Source: Peptostreptococcales bacterium (GTDB taxonomy: Bacteria; Bacillota; Clostridia; Peptostreptococcales; Anaerovoracaceae). Taken from it: a DNA stretch of 64,000 nt. Numbering within the stretch: the first letter of the stretch is position 1; the number at the start of each line of letters is the position of its first letter. The notes below the pieces were generated by a model that saw nothing but the letters and a program-made list of their open reading frames with translations, made no database searches and had not been told where the DNA came from. Of the stretch, positions 40,734 to 50,846 are shown piece after piece. A program made the position numbers and the translations under genes. Where the stretch lies: contig JBBRXC010000001.1 of the NCBI GenBank assembly GCA_038248745.1, positions 264 to 64,263 of the forward strand, given 5' to 3'.

Positions 40734-41114
40734 ATGACAGATGTAAAATTTTTTATATGTAAGCATTGCGGCAATATCGTGGAAATGGTTCACGACTCTG
40801 GTGTTCCTATTATTTGTTGTGGAGATGAAATGAATGAAATTGTTGCAAACACTGTTGATGCAAGCAAAGAAAAGCACGTTCCGGTCGCTACTGTTGAAGG
40901 AAATACAATAACAGTTAAAGTTGGCGCTGTTGCTCATCCTATGGAACCTGAACATCATATCGCATGGGTTTATCTTCAAACAGAAAAGGGTGCGCAGAAA
41001 AAAAATCTAAAAATTGGAGATTCTCCAGAAGCACACTTCTTGCTTGAAGATGACAAAGCAGTCGCAGTTTATGATTACTGCAATCTTCACGGCCTTTGGA
41101 AATCTCAATTATAA
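40734..41114 (+). CDS. dfx: Desulfoferrodoxin (2Fe superoxide reductase)
   Basis: ATG at 40734 follows GGAGG (the track ATG at 40719 lies inside the RBS). N-terminal CKHCGN...CCG desulforedoxin site. C-terminal HPMEPEHHIAW ... CNLHGLW centre II ligands. Confidence 0.9.
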   Translation: MTDVKFFICKHCGNIVEMVHDSGVPIICCGDEMNEIVANTVDASKEKHVPVATVEGNTITVKVGAVAHPMEPEHHIAWVYLQTEKGAQKKNLKIGDSPEAHFLLEDDKAVAVYDYCNLHGLWKSQL

Positions 41115-41196
41115 TCAAATCGTTCATCCTAATTCTAATCAAACCAGTTAACTTTTTCTTTGATTAGATTTATTATTTAACACATGTCTATAAAAA

Positions 41197-41230
41197 AACT
41201 GTGCGTCTATTAAGATTCACAGTTATTTTT
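41197..41230 (+). terminator. Weak intrinsic terminator after dfx
   Basis: AACTGTG / CACAGTT 7-bp stem with a 14-nt loop, followed by ATTTTT. Confidence 0.4.
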
Positions 41231-41295
41231 AATGACACAATATTTTAATTACACTTTATATTCATTCAGATTACTATTGAATTAAAGGAATTGTT

Positions 41296-42024
41296 TTAGT
41301 GTACCGTTCCAATATAACTGAATCCACTTACCTCTTTATGATTGATATCAGTAGTGAATTCAAAATCCAATCCCCTGTTCAACCCAGCTATATATATATG
41401 GCAAAGTGCAATTCCTATATCTATTTGGTTCATTTTTCCATACAGCATACTTTGTAGAAGATTAATCGCCTTTTGATATACATGAATTGAACCATCCTGT
41501 TCTTCAAAAAACCAATTTTGGCTGTTTGTTGCTGATGGCGCCAACCTTGCCGCCTCCAAGCGTTCATCAACACCACTATAAACCTCTTCAGCCGGCTTCC
41601 GTTTAAATCCCGACATTTCTCTGTAAGGACCATTCAAGGTTTCTCCAAACCCTATCGCAATGACAAAATCCTTTTTAACATCCATCTTATCCTTTGGTTT
41701 TGCCATGCCCAACCAGCACGCTCCCAGCCCTTTACTTGACAGGAATAAATCAAGTTGCTGAAACATAAACCCTACATTATTAAGGTATCCTTCTTTCTCT
41801 TCGCTGTAAATCAACAGATAGTGAGGTGCTTTGACAGGCAACAGATTTTTTGTATCTGTAACTATTTTGTAATCAACCCTGATTTCTTTATGAAGGGGAA
41901 CAATGTTTTTAATAAATTCTTCGACTTCTATCAATGCTTCTACAGAAATTCCCTCCATCTTATATTGTCGGACAGATTTTCTTTTATAAATATATTCAAC
42001 TAGTTCTTTCAGTGTATTATCCAT
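41296..42024 (-). CDS. Nitroreductase family protein
   Basis: ATG at 42024 (MDNTLKELVEYIYKRKSVRQY) follows AAAGGTGA. RKSVRQY and the C-terminal LAPSATNSQ motif are typical of the nitroreductase fold. Confidence 0.75.
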   Translation of the reverse strand: MDNTLKELVEYIYKRKSVRQYKMEGISVEALIEVEEFIKNIVPLHKEIRVDYKIVTDTKNLLPVKAPHYLLIYSEEKEGYLNNVGFMFQQLDLFLSSKGLGACWLGMAKPKDKMDVKKDFVIAIGFGETLNGPYREMSGFKRKPAEEVYSGVDERLEAARLAPSATNSQNWFFEEQDGSIHVYQKAINLLQSMLYGKMNQIDIGIALCHIYIAGLNRGLDFEFTTDINHKEVSGFSYIGTVH

Positions 42025-42192
42025 ATTAATCACCTTTCCAGCTATTATCACTTTTTCTTCTATTTTACCTATCAATATATAATATACCATCTCTCTAAAG
42101 ATTTCAAACAATTTACTTGCCATATTATACGTTGGCCATTTATAATTATATATAATATATTTTAACAGAAACCGTAAGAGGAGGATATTGAA

Positions 42193-43638
42193 ATGTCAAT
42201 GAAAACAGGTTCAGAATACATTGAAAGTTTAAGGAAATTGAATTTAAATGTTTATATTTTTGGGGAAAAGATCAAATCTCCTGTAGATCATCCAATGATT
42301 ATTCCCTCTATGAATGCGGTTGCCCTAACCTATGATTTAGCTTTAGACCCTATGCATGAGGATTTGATGACGGTAAACTCTTCTGTCACCGGAGAGAAAA
42401 TCAATCTTTTTAATCAGGTTTTCGTCAGTACAGACAATCTGGTTCAAAAGGTTAAAAGGCAAAGAATGTTAGGGCAAAAAACAGGATGCTGTTTTCAGCG
42501 CTGTGTTGGGCAGGATGCCTTCAACGCAGTATACAGCACTGCTTATGAGATTGACCAAAAATACGGCACCCACTATTTTGATCGTTTTATACATTTTCTT
42601 AAATATGTTCAGGCCGAAGATTTGGTCACAGATGGCGCGATGACAGATCCAAAGGGAGACCGTGGTCTTTCTCCAAGCAACCAGGTTGATCCAGATCTTT
42701 ATCTTCGAGTGGTTGAAACTCTCCCGGATGGCATTATTGTAAATGGTTGTAAAGCACATCAGACAGGTATTGTAAACTCCCACGAAGTACTATGCATGCC
42801 GACCATTGCAATGGCACCTGAAGACAAGGATTATGCCCTTTCCTTCTCCATTCCAACTGATACAATAGGAATTACTATTATTTACGGAAGACAGTCCTGT
42901 GATACAAGAAAAATGGAAGGAACGGAAATAGATGTTGGGAATAGCGAGTTCGGCGGACATGAAGCGCTTGTTATCTTTGATCATGTGTTTGTGCCAAATG
43001 AAAGAATATTTATGAATGGGGAAACTGAGTTTGTAGGAATGCTGGTGGAAAGATTTAGTGGACATCACAGACCTAGTTATGCTTGCAAATCTGGTGTGGG
43101 AGATGTTCTTATAGGGGCCGCCGCTTTAGCTGCAGATTATAATGGTGTTCCAAAAGCCTCCCATATAAAAGATAAATTAATAGAAATGACTCATTTAAAC
43201 GAAACCCTTTATGCTGCAGCACTTGCCTGTTCCTATGAGGGCTTCGCAACACCTTCAGGTGCCTACCTGATTGACCTGCTACTTGCAAATGTCTGCAAAC
43301 AGAATGTTACAAGATTCCCTTATGAAATTGGCAGACTTGCTGAAGATATCGCAGGTGGATTAATGGTGACGCAACCATCGGAAAAAGATTTCAGAAGCCC
43401 CGAAATAGGTCACTACATAGAAAAATACCTAAGAGGCGTCGATTCAGTCCCAACTGAAAACAGACTTCGAATCTTAAGACTGATAGAAAATCTTACTTTA
43501 GGGGCAGGTGCTGTGGGTTACAGGACAGAATCCATGCATGGTGCCGGCTCCCCTCAGGCCCAAAGAGTCATGATCAACAGGTTTGCGAATTTGGAATATA
43601 AAAAGGAACTTGCCAAGAAGATTGCTAAAATAAAGTAA
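42193..43638 (+). CDS. 4-hydroxybutyryl-CoA dehydratase/vinylacetyl-CoA isomerase (AbfD)-family protein
   Basis: 481 aa. 4-HPA-hydroxylase-like fold with candidate Fe-S ligands GCCFQRC and HHRPSYAC, spaced as in AbfD. Confidence 0.65.
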   Translation: MSMKTGSEYIESLRKLNLNVYIFGEKIKSPVDHPMIIPSMNAVALTYDLALDPMHEDLMTVNSSVTGEKINLFNQVFVSTDNLVQKVKRQRMLGQKTGCCFQRCVGQDAFNAVYSTAYEIDQKYGTHYFDRFIHFLKYVQAEDLVTDGAMTDPKGDRGLSPSNQVDPDLYLRVVETLPDGIIVNGCKAHQTGIVNSHEVLCMPTIAMAPEDKDYALSFSIPTDTIGITIIYGRQSCDTRKMEGTEIDVGNSEFGGHEALVIFDHVFVPNERIFMNGETEFVGMLVERFSGHHRPSYACKSGVGDVLIGAAALAADYNGVPKASHIKDKLIEMTHLNETLYAAALACSYEGFATPSGAYLIDLLLANVCKQNVTRFPYEIGRLAEDIAGGLMVTQPSEKDFRSPEIGHYIEKYLRGVDSVPTENRLRILRLIENLTLGAGAVGYRTESMHGAGSPQAQRVMINRFANLEYKKELAKKIAKIK

Positions 43639-43667
43639 AAACAGCAAATTGTTGTTTTAGAAAAATT

Positions 43668-43711
43668 AAAAAGCCAACGGTCGAAATGATTTCGTGCCGT
43701 TGGCTTTTTTA
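43668..43711. terminator. Intrinsic terminator between convergent genes
   Basis: AAAAGCCAACGG / CCGTTGGCTTTT stem followed by TTTTTT. Confidence 0.75.
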
Positions 43712-43737
43712 ATAGGCAACAAAAAATAATTACCAAG

Positions 43738-44151
43738 TTAACTGATTGCCTCTTTTAATACTTGTATCATATTATCAATATGCTGTCCTACTGTAAGGTC
43801 CATCACACTTACAACCTGAATATGACATTTATTTAATGGAAGAAGTATTTTCAGCGCATGGCTTGAACCAATTGCTAATGCCATTTTTGGGGTTAGCTCT
43901 CCCATCATAGCATTAGCGTTGAGGATACCAACTGGACCAAGTATTACATCAACATGCTTCATATTATGTATAATCGCATTTTCACCAGTAGCGCCCTCAT
44001 CAGCACCACCTCTTAACATTTGTCCCGTCGCCACTGAATTGGTGCCAAGCGCATAAATCTTACAATCATTTAATATATTTTCAGCTTTAATTTTTTCAAC
44101 AATGGCCTTTCCAATACCACCACCCTGACCATCAATTACTGCAATTATCAT
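43738..44151 (-). CDS. DUF3842 family protein
   Basis: ATG at 44151 (MIIAVIDGQGGGIGKAIVEKIK) follows GGTGGTGA. The track start at 44226 is unlikely. Confidence 0.6.
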   Translation of the reverse strand: MIIAVIDGQGGGIGKAIVEKIKAENILNDCKIYALGTNSVATGQMLRGGADEGATGENAIIHNMKHVDVILGPVGILNANAMMGELTPKMALAIGSSHALKILLPLNKCHIQVVSVMDLTVGQHIDNMIQVLKEAIS

Positions 44152-44230
44152 TTCACCACCGTAAACCTTTCCAGTTTTATTTATAAAATAATGAACCTGT
44201 TCAACAGTCTCACATCCATACGCCATTTAT

Positions 44231-44282
44231 TGTAAACCATAATAAATTATTAGTTGACATACATTAATTTGTATCATATAAT
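44231..44282 (+). promoter_or_regulatory. bioY promoter with an overlapping BirA-operator-like inverted repeat
   Basis: TTGACA (44254-44259), exact 17-nt spacer, TATAAT (44277-44282). TGTAAAC-N15-GTTGACA inverted repeat (44231-44259) overlaps the -35. Confidence 0.6.
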
Positions 44283-44309
44283 CATCCTGTTGCATGAAAG
44301 GAAGTTCTT

Positions 44310-44858
44310 ATGAAAAATCAAAAAATAATTACTACAACTGTCATTGGTCTTTTTACAGCGATCACCTGTATACTAGGCCCATTATCAATTATTATTCCCA
44401 TATCTCCGGTCCCAATCACCTTTACCAATCTGGCCATCTATTTTACGGTGATCATTCTGGGCTGGAAGAAAGGAACAACAAGTTATTTGGTTTACCTGCT
44501 AATCGGCTTTGTTGGTGTGCCTGTTTTTTCCGGATTTACAGCAGGCCCTGGGAAACTACTTGGTCCGACAGGTGGCTATCTGATAGGTTTTATCTTTCTT
44601 GCGCTGATCGCCGGCTATTTCGTTGATCGATTTCCTGGCAAAACTCCCATGTATATTATTGGCATGGTTCTCGGGACCCTAGTTACTTATGCATTAGGAA
44701 CCGGATGGCTAGCTTTCCAAGCAAATCTAACTTTTCAGGCAGCTTTGTTTGCTGGCGTAATACCTTATATTTTAGGAGATGCCCTTAAAATCGCAGTTGC
44801 CGCTATGATTGGCCCAGCAATTAAAAAACAGGTAGTAAAAGCAGGGTATTTAAAATAA
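44310..44858 (+). CDS. bioY: Biotin transporter S-component
   Basis: 182 aa with six TMs. PITFTNLAIYF, GPTGGYLIGF and IPYILGDALK motifs. Confidence 0.85.
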   Translation: MKNQKIITTTVIGLFTAITCILGPLSIIIPISPVPITFTNLAIYFTVIILGWKKGTTSYLVYLLIGFVGVPVFSGFTAGPGKLLGPTGGYLIGFIFLALIAGYFVDRFPGKTPMYIIGMVLGTLVTYALGTGWLAFQANLTFQAALFAGVIPYILGDALKIAVAAMIGPAIKKQVVKAGYLK

Positions 44859-44870
44859 AGATTTTGTACC

Positions 44871-45089
44871 CTACTTTTCTTGTTCCCTAGCACGCTCATA
44901 GTAATAGTCCCATTCAAAACCACAATCCAGACAGCGGTAGACGCCGGTCGTTCCAGCCCCTCCACAGGCGCATCCCAATACAGCCCGCCCTTCAATCAGG
45001 TCTTTCCTAATTTCAGGGATGAAGGCGATATTACCAGAAACTACTTTAGCAACCTTAGCAGAGCCACACTTATAACATTTCTTCTCCAT
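44871..45089 (-). CDS. Small zinc-ribbon protein, function unknown
   Basis: About 72 aa. CYKCGS ... CLDCGFEW CxxC pairs. GGAGG RBS overlaps the ClC stop. Confidence 0.5.
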   Translation of the reverse strand: MEKKCYKCGSAKVAKVVSGNIAFIPEIRKDLIEGRAVLGCACGGAGTTGVYRCLDCGFEWDYYYERAREQEK

Positions 45090-45102
45090 CACATGTTCCT
45101 CC

Positions 45103-46665
45103 TCATTTGGTTTTAGTTATTTTATCCAAACCTTCTCTTGCTTCAACTTCATTAGAAATGCTCGTAAGTAATACCAAATAATCCTGTACCCTTATTTTTG
45201 TGTACCCATGAGGTATAATATCATGCCCATGTCTTCGAACGGCTATGAGTAAACTGCTTTTTGGGATAGCCAATTGTCGCACTTCTTTATTTTCAGCTTC
45301 TGATCCATGCTGAACTATATTTTCAACTGTGATTTTACGGCTGTTATCTTTACTGTCAACATGTAATTTTCGTTCTTTTATCAGTTTATCAAGCATGGAT
45401 TCATAAATTGGTTTACTATTCAAAAGATCTGCAAGGATGTATGCCACGATGGAAACAATTGCCAAAGGAAGCAAATGATTCAAAGATCCAGTCATTTCAA
45501 TAAGTAAAATTATCCCTGTTATAGGTGCTCTTACTATGGCCGTAAAATAGCCTGCCATGGCAAGTACCACCCAATTGGAAAAAAGTACAGGATCGCCACC
45601 CAGAAAATTTATAGTGATATTACCAAATATAGCCCCAATGATAGCGCCAAGTATTAGCAGAGGGAAAAAAATCCCTCCTGGTGCGCCCGATCCAAAGCTG
45701 ATCATAGAAAAAACAAATTTAACAACAAGTAAAATAAGAAGAAACTGCAAACTTGACGTCGACTGCAGCACTTCTATAATCTGATGACCGCTTCCCAACG
45801 CGAGAGGGTAATACAATCCTATAAGACCAGCACATAGAAAGGGTACAACTAAACGTGATTTTACATTAAGCACAGGTATTTTTTTATATAATTTTTGCGT
45901 AAAAAGAAGTATATAATTGTAAAATGCTCCAGCGGCACCAAGTATTCCACCAAGAAGAAATAAGAGCCAGTATTGATTGAGCTGTATGACTCCCTCTAGC
46001 GTAAAGTTGAAAATTGGGCTCATACCAAAAACTATTTTTGAAACGAAATCAGCCGTTATTGCTGAAGCCATCGTTGATAATAATATGATGGGAGAGAAAT
46101 ATTTAAAAATTTCTTCAACCGCAAACATCGCTCCCGCTAAAGGTGCATTAAAAGCGGCTGCCAGACCAGCACTTGCTCCACTTGCGATTAAAATTCTTTT
46201 TTCAGTTCTAGACGAACCAAATATATTTCCTACTCCTTCAGCGACACAAGCACCTATCTGAATGGATGGCCCCTCTCTACCCAAAGAAAGACCCGCTGAA
46301 ATCGAAACGATTCCTCCTATAAATTTTGCAATTAATGTACTTACCCAATTATGCTTAAAATAACCTAATATAACGCCGCTTACCTGTGGAATCCCACTAC
46401 CTCTAATCATTTCATATTTTGAAACTAAAATACCCACGCCGTATCCAAGCAAACCCAAAAAAATAAAAACAAGAGGAATAAACTGCAAATGACCGTTTAA
46501 CATTTTATAGAATTCTATAGACCCTTCCCCTGCATAGGTTAATATGAGTCTATAGGCAGCAACAACAACTCCTGCCACCAGACCCACTAAAACACTTTTA
46601 AACAGGATCGGCAGTTTATCAGTATGCGTATTTATTACAGCTCTATAATTATTTATGGTTGTCAT
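45103..46665 (-). CDS. ClC family H+/Cl- exchanger/channel with a C-terminal TrkA-C-like domain
   Basis: ATG at 46665 follows AAGGA. GREGP, GSGIPQ and GIFFP selectivity motifs are present. Confidence 0.85.
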   Translation of the reverse strand: MTTINNYRAVINTHTDKLPILFKSVLVGLVAGVVVAAYRLILTYAGEGSIEFYKMLNGHLQFIPLVFIFLGLLGYGVGILVSKYEMIRGSGIPQVSGVILGYFKHNWVSTLIAKFIGGIVSISAGLSLGREGPSIQIGACVAEGVGNIFGSSRTEKRILIASGASAGLAAAFNAPLAGAMFAVEEIFKYFSPIILLSTMASAITADFVSKIVFGMSPIFNFTLEGVIQLNQYWLLFLLGGILGAAGAFYNYILLFTQKLYKKIPVLNVKSRLVVPFLCAGLIGLYYPLALGSGHQIIEVLQSTSSLQFLLILLVVKFVFSMISFGSGAPGGIFFPLLILGAIIGAIFGNITINFLGGDPVLFSNWVVLAMAGYFTAIVRAPITGIILLIEMTGSLNHLLPLAIVSIVAYILADLLNSKPIYESMLDKLIKERKLHVDSKDNSRKITVENIVQHGSEAENKEVRQLAIPKSSLLIAVRRHGHDIIPHGYTKIRVQDYLVLLTSISNEVEAREGLDKITKTK

Positions 46666-46708
46666 ATTTTTTCCTTCTTTATGTTTCGCTTTTTGTACGG
46701 TAAGTGTA

Positions 46709-47605
46709 TCATAAATCAGTACCAATATAACGAATCCAATTGATACAATTCACAGCAGAAATATTTTTATCTTTTACTTCAAGCATGATGTCAAGGTTTT
46801 CACCCTCTACTCTTTTGTAGAAATCCATAAATTCATCTAATCTGATGCTTTGCGAATGAGATCCTCCCCTTTTCGCTAAATCCTGTTGTGAATAATGGAT
46901 TTTCTGACGGCCGTCTTTCCCTGTCCATGTTTTACCACACTCTTTGATCCAGGTTTCTTCCACTTTATTATCCGAAGACGGGTTCAACCTATTATGCAAA
47001 TTATCGAAAACGATTGGGGCGTTCAATTCTTCCCCAATTTCAAGAAGCTCCCCAATATTATAGGATCTGTCATCATTCTCTAAAACAAGTCGCTGTTTTA
47101 TTGAATCGCTGAGATCCATATAATTCGTTTTAAATCTTGCAATTGCTTCAGACTTGTTCCCATAAACACCACCGATATGTAATATTATTTTGTGTTCCTG
47201 GTTTACCCCAAGGCTGTTTAAGAAGAGTGCATGGTAATCAAGATCTTCCACAGCTCTGCTCACCACGTCTCTATTTGGTGAATTAAGAACTGTATATTGA
47301 CCAGGGTGCATAGATACCCTGATATTATTGATCTTGATTTTGTTTCCTATTTTTTGCATTTTTGGTTCAAAAACTTCCCACCATTTAATCTTATTTACAG
47401 GGCTTGAGCCAAATGGTATGATGTCAGAACTAATTCTAAAAAGATGAATATTGTTAGAAATATTGTAATCAATGATGTTTTCCAAAGAATTTAAATTATG
47501 CTTTATTAATTCAAGCAATTTTTCTTCCGTTGCATTTTTTTGTCTACAGGTTTTTTGGGTTGTATTTAAAACTCCCACAGTTAAACAGGCATATCCTATA
47601 CTCAA
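46709..47605 (-). CDS. uvsE: UV damage endonuclease
   Basis: 298 aa. MSIGYACL start, RISSDIIPFGS and TIM-barrel UVDE pattern. Confidence 0.85.
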   Translation of the reverse strand: MSIGYACLTVGVLNTTQKTCRQKNATEEKLLELIKHNLNSLENIIDYNISNNIHLFRISSDIIPFGSSPVNKIKWWEVFEPKMQKIGNKIKINNIRVSMHPGQYTVLNSPNRDVVSRAVEDLDYHALFLNSLGVNQEHKIILHIGGVYGNKSEAIARFKTNYMDLSDSIKQRLVLENDDRSYNIGELLEIGEELNAPIVFDNLHNRLNPSSDNKVEETWIKECGKTWTGKDGRQKIHYSQQDLAKRGGSHSQSIRLDEFMDFYKRVEGENLDIMLEVKDKNISAVNCINWIRYIGTDL

Positions 47606-47615
47606 TTGCTTCTCC

Positions 47616-48380
47616 TTAAATCATTTCTGATCCACAATATTTGCAATTTCCCGGTGCAATTTCATTCCAAACTTCATTTTCCGATTTATCTGAAGTGGAA
47701 TAATCTTTAATAATTTTGCCGTCCTTCATTTCTATGATTCTATCCGATTTTTCGGCAATATGTATATCATGGGTTACAATCAAAAAAGCCATCTTAAAGT
47801 CTTTGTTGATCTTTCTCAATAGTTCATACGCCTGATCCGTGGATTCTGAATCAAGATTCCCTGTTGGCTCATCTGCCAGAATAAGATTTGGATTGTTGAT
47901 TAACGCTCTGGCGATAGAAACTCTTTGCTGCTGTCCACCAGATAGATTATTTGCCAGATTGTTCATTTTATCCTGAAGCCCAACAGACTCCAATATCTCT
48001 ATTGCCCGTTTCTGTTTATCTTTATTCACATATCCAGTTTCTATCCATGTAGGAAGCATTACATTTTCTAGCGCTGTAAATTCAGGTAATAAATGATGGG
48101 ACTGGAAAATAAAACCAATGTTTTTATTTCTAAAATCTGCCAGTTCATTTTCTTCCATATTTGAAAACTCTTTCCCTTTAAAAAACAACTTCCCCGTTGT
48201 AGGTTTATCCAAAGCGCCTAACAAGTTCAACAAGGTACTTTTTCCACAACCAGAAGGCCCTATAATACTTGCAAATTCTCCGTCAAACATTTTTATATTG
48301 ATGAAGTCCAATGCTCGAGTTTTAAATTTTTCTCCATATTCTTTTGTGAGTCCATCCCCACATAATAATATATCATCCAT
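47616..48380 (-). CDS. MacB/LolD-type ABC transporter ATP-binding protein
   Basis: Walker [10 protein letters not shown], signature LSGGQQQRV, Walker [12 protein letters not shown]. About 25-aa C-terminal extension containing CKYCG. Confidence 0.85.
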   Translation of the reverse strand: MDDILLCGDGLTKEYGEKFKTRALDFINIKMFDGEFASIIGPSGCGKSTLLNLLGALDKPTTGKLFFKGKEFSNMEENELADFRNKNIGFIFQSHHLLPEFTALENVMLPTWIETGYVNKDKQKRAIEILESVGLQDKMNNLANNLSGGQQQRVSIARALINNPNLILADEPTGNLDSESTDQAYELLRKINKDFKMAFLIVTHDIHIAEKSDRIIEMKDGKIIKDYSTSDKSENEVWNEIAPGNCKYCGSEMI

Positions 48381-49584
48381 TTTTTATCGCCTCCATCGGG
48401 TTGAGATTTGCTGATCTGTTTGCAGGAATAACCGAAGCGATTGCTCCCGCACATATTGCAATTACCACTATGATCAAAACACTCCCTATTTGATAATTAA
48501 TCACAAAACTTCCAGTACCCTTGTTGAAAAACTGGAAAACAGTTAATAGCATAATACCTAACCCACAGCCAACAACAGAACCAAACCCTCCAAGAATTAA
48601 CCCTTGAAGAAGGAATATCCTGCTGGCACTTTTTTTTGTCGCACCCATGGCCTTCAGAATGCCTATTTCTTTTGACTTCTGAATGACTGACACGGCTAAC
48701 ACGCTTGATATCCCAAAAGTAACAGCCAGTATTACAAAGAACTGAATGGTATAGGAGGAGCTACTTTGGCTAGACAATGCACTAAGTAATTGTTTGTTTT
48801 GTTCTTTCCATTCTACTATTTTTACATCGCCAATTTTATTTTTCCAAGAGGCTGCAACTTCATCCGCTATAAATGGATCTTTTATTTGTGTCTCAATCAA
48901 TGATATATTGCTTCCTTTATCGAAAATTTTCTGAGCTCTGCTTAAATCCATAAATACCAATGATTCGTTTACCACTTCATTTTGAAGGTCAAAAATTCCG
49001 CCTACTAGCATTTGAACCGTCTCTCCATTTGGGATTAATATGTTCATAAACCCTCCTTCAGAGATGCCAAGGTTCTCAGCGAGAGTTGTTCCGATTAAAA
49101 TTGTATTGCCCGATAGCGCAGGGTTTCCCGAAACTATATTGGAAGATATCGCATAGATTTTGTCAGCATTTTCAAACTGAATCCCCTTTATTTGAACGGA
49201 CTTATTCTTCCCGCTACTCCTGACCAATCCAGTCCCCTGAACAGTTGGCGAAATCGCTGTTAAATTGTTGTCTTTTTTTAATTCATCAATCACAACCGAC
49301 CAGTTGCTGATTCCTTTTTCTAACGACGAATAGTTTCCTCTTAATAGTGTCTGATAGGTTGATTGCTCTGTTAAGGCAAGGGTTGTATCATCTTCTTTAC
49401 TGCTGATCGTTATGTGGGAACTGTTCCCAATGGTTCGTTCAACTAAACTCTCCTGGAGGCTGGTAATCAGTGATCCCAGAAATATTTGGACTGCAACACC
49501 TATTGCTATTCCTAAGATAATAAATATCGTTTGTGTTCTGCCGCTTTTAAGGAATCTTAATGCTATCTTCAATTCATATATCAA
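48373..49584 (-). CDS. FtsX-like ABC transporter permease (MacB/LolCE type)
   Basis: 403 aa. TM1, large extracytoplasmic domain, then three C-terminal TMs. KEIGILKAMGA motif. Confidence 0.85.
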   Translation of the reverse strand: MIYELKIALRFLKSGRTQTIFIILGIAIGVAVQIFLGSLITSLQESLVERTIGNSSHITISSKEDDTTLALTEQSTYQTLLRGNYSSLEKGISNWSVVIDELKKDNNLTAISPTVQGTGLVRSSGKNKSVQIKGIQFENADKIYAISSNIVSGNPALSGNTILIGTTLAENLGISEGGFMNILIPNGETVQMLVGGIFDLQNEVVNESLVFMDLSRAQKIFDKGSNISLIETQIKDPFIADEVAASWKNKIGDVKIVEWKEQNKQLLSALSSQSSSSYTIQFFVILAVTFGISSVLAVSVIQKSKEIGILKAMGATKKSASRIFLLQGLILGGFGSVVGCGLGIMLLTVFQFFNKGTGSFVINYQIGSVLIIVVIAICAGAIASVIPANRSANLNPMEAIKNG

Positions 49585-50846
49585 GCAGGCTCAACTCCTT
49601 TTTTTAACGTAACGGATGCACCATCCGTTATCAAATCAGTCGGAAGTATAACAATATCCCCATCTACAAGACCTTTCCTAACAATGACATTTGAAGAAGG
49701 ACCTCTTTCGATAACAACTTCCGTTTTGTTTGCCTTCCCATTTTTATAAACAAATACGAAATCTTCACCCCCGATTAAATATTGATCTGGAATGACAATT
49801 GCTTTTGTTTGTTCTGTTAATGATATTTTCAGATTTACTGTTAAATCTGATGCATTAAACTCAATATCGGACAGCAATTTTATGATAATCTGAAAAGTTC
49901 CTGTATTCTTATTAATTTTTGGCGTGATAATACTTATTTCACCTTTTAACGGATCAGCCTGTTGTTGCCCTTCAATAGTAATGTCAACTTTCATCCCTTT
50001 CGTGACATATAAAAAATACTTTTCATCCAATTCGGCTATCACGGTATAGCTTTTAGCCTGCCCTATATCTAAAAGAACATCTCCCGGTTTCACAATATCA
50101 TTCACCTGTGCATAGGACCCTAATATGATTGAATCCCAATTTGTCTTTATTTTATATTTAGACTCGTCCACTACAGCGCTTTCATAAACAGATTTTGCAT
50201 TTTCCAGTTTATAATACAGAGAATCTCTTTTAGACCCACCTGGCCCCATGGCCTGCATTTTAAGATTGGCGGCAGATAATTGGTTTAATGCAGTCTGATA
50301 GGTTAACTGGTAATCATCTAAGCTGTTTTTTGAAATGGCGCCTTCATTATATAAAATCTGTGCATCTTTATAAGCCTTTTCTGCCTGTTGTTTGATAAGC
50401 GATGCCTTGTTAAAATCTTCTTTTGCCAGTACGTAATCATATTCTATTAAAGAATTATATTGTTCTTTTACATCTAAATAGGTGGTATTTTTCTGTTCTG
50501 TCTGAAATCCCTGTTCCGAATTATAGATAGATATTATTAGCTCGCCAGCTGACACTGTTTCACCCTCTTTGGCCCCAATATAATCAATCTCCCCATTCAC
50601 CTGGGAGACGATTTGTGTTTGATTTTCCATACCAAGCTGCCCAACGGCGACTATTTTTTCAGCATAATTCTGTTCTTTGACTTTTATATATTCTGATTCG
50701 CTTTTACCGCCAGAAAACATAAAAAAAGAAATAATCAGCAGGAATCCAATTATCCCTAATAAAGCTATTTTTTTCTTCGTCCACTTTATATTTTTAATGA
50801 TAAGAAATCGATTCCCTACTTTTTGCTTTATACTATTTAACCCCAT
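49581..50846 (-). CDS. Efflux transporter periplasmic adaptor (HlyD/MFP family)
   Basis: ATG at 50846 lies 7 nt after GGAGG. N-terminal TM, coiled-coil hairpin and beta-barrel domains. Confidence 0.75.
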   Translation of the reverse strand: MGLNSIKQKVGNRFLIIKNIKWTKKKIALLGIIGFLLIISFFMFSGGKSESEYIKVKEQNYAEKIVAVGQLGMENQTQIVSQVNGEIDYIGAKEGETVSAGELIISIYNSEQGFQTEQKNTTYLDVKEQYNSLIEYDYVLAKEDFNKASLIKQQAEKAYKDAQILYNEGAISKNSLDDYQLTYQTALNQLSAANLKMQAMGPGGSKRDSLYYKLENAKSVYESAVVDESKYKIKTNWDSIILGSYAQVNDIVKPGDVLLDIGQAKSYTVIAELDEKYFLYVTKGMKVDITIEGQQQADPLKGEISIITPKINKNTGTFQIIIKLLSDIEFNASDLTVNLKISLTEQTKAIVIPDQYLIGGEDFVFVYKNGKANKTEVVIERGPSSNVIVRKGLVDGDIVILPTDLITDGASVTLKKGVEPA

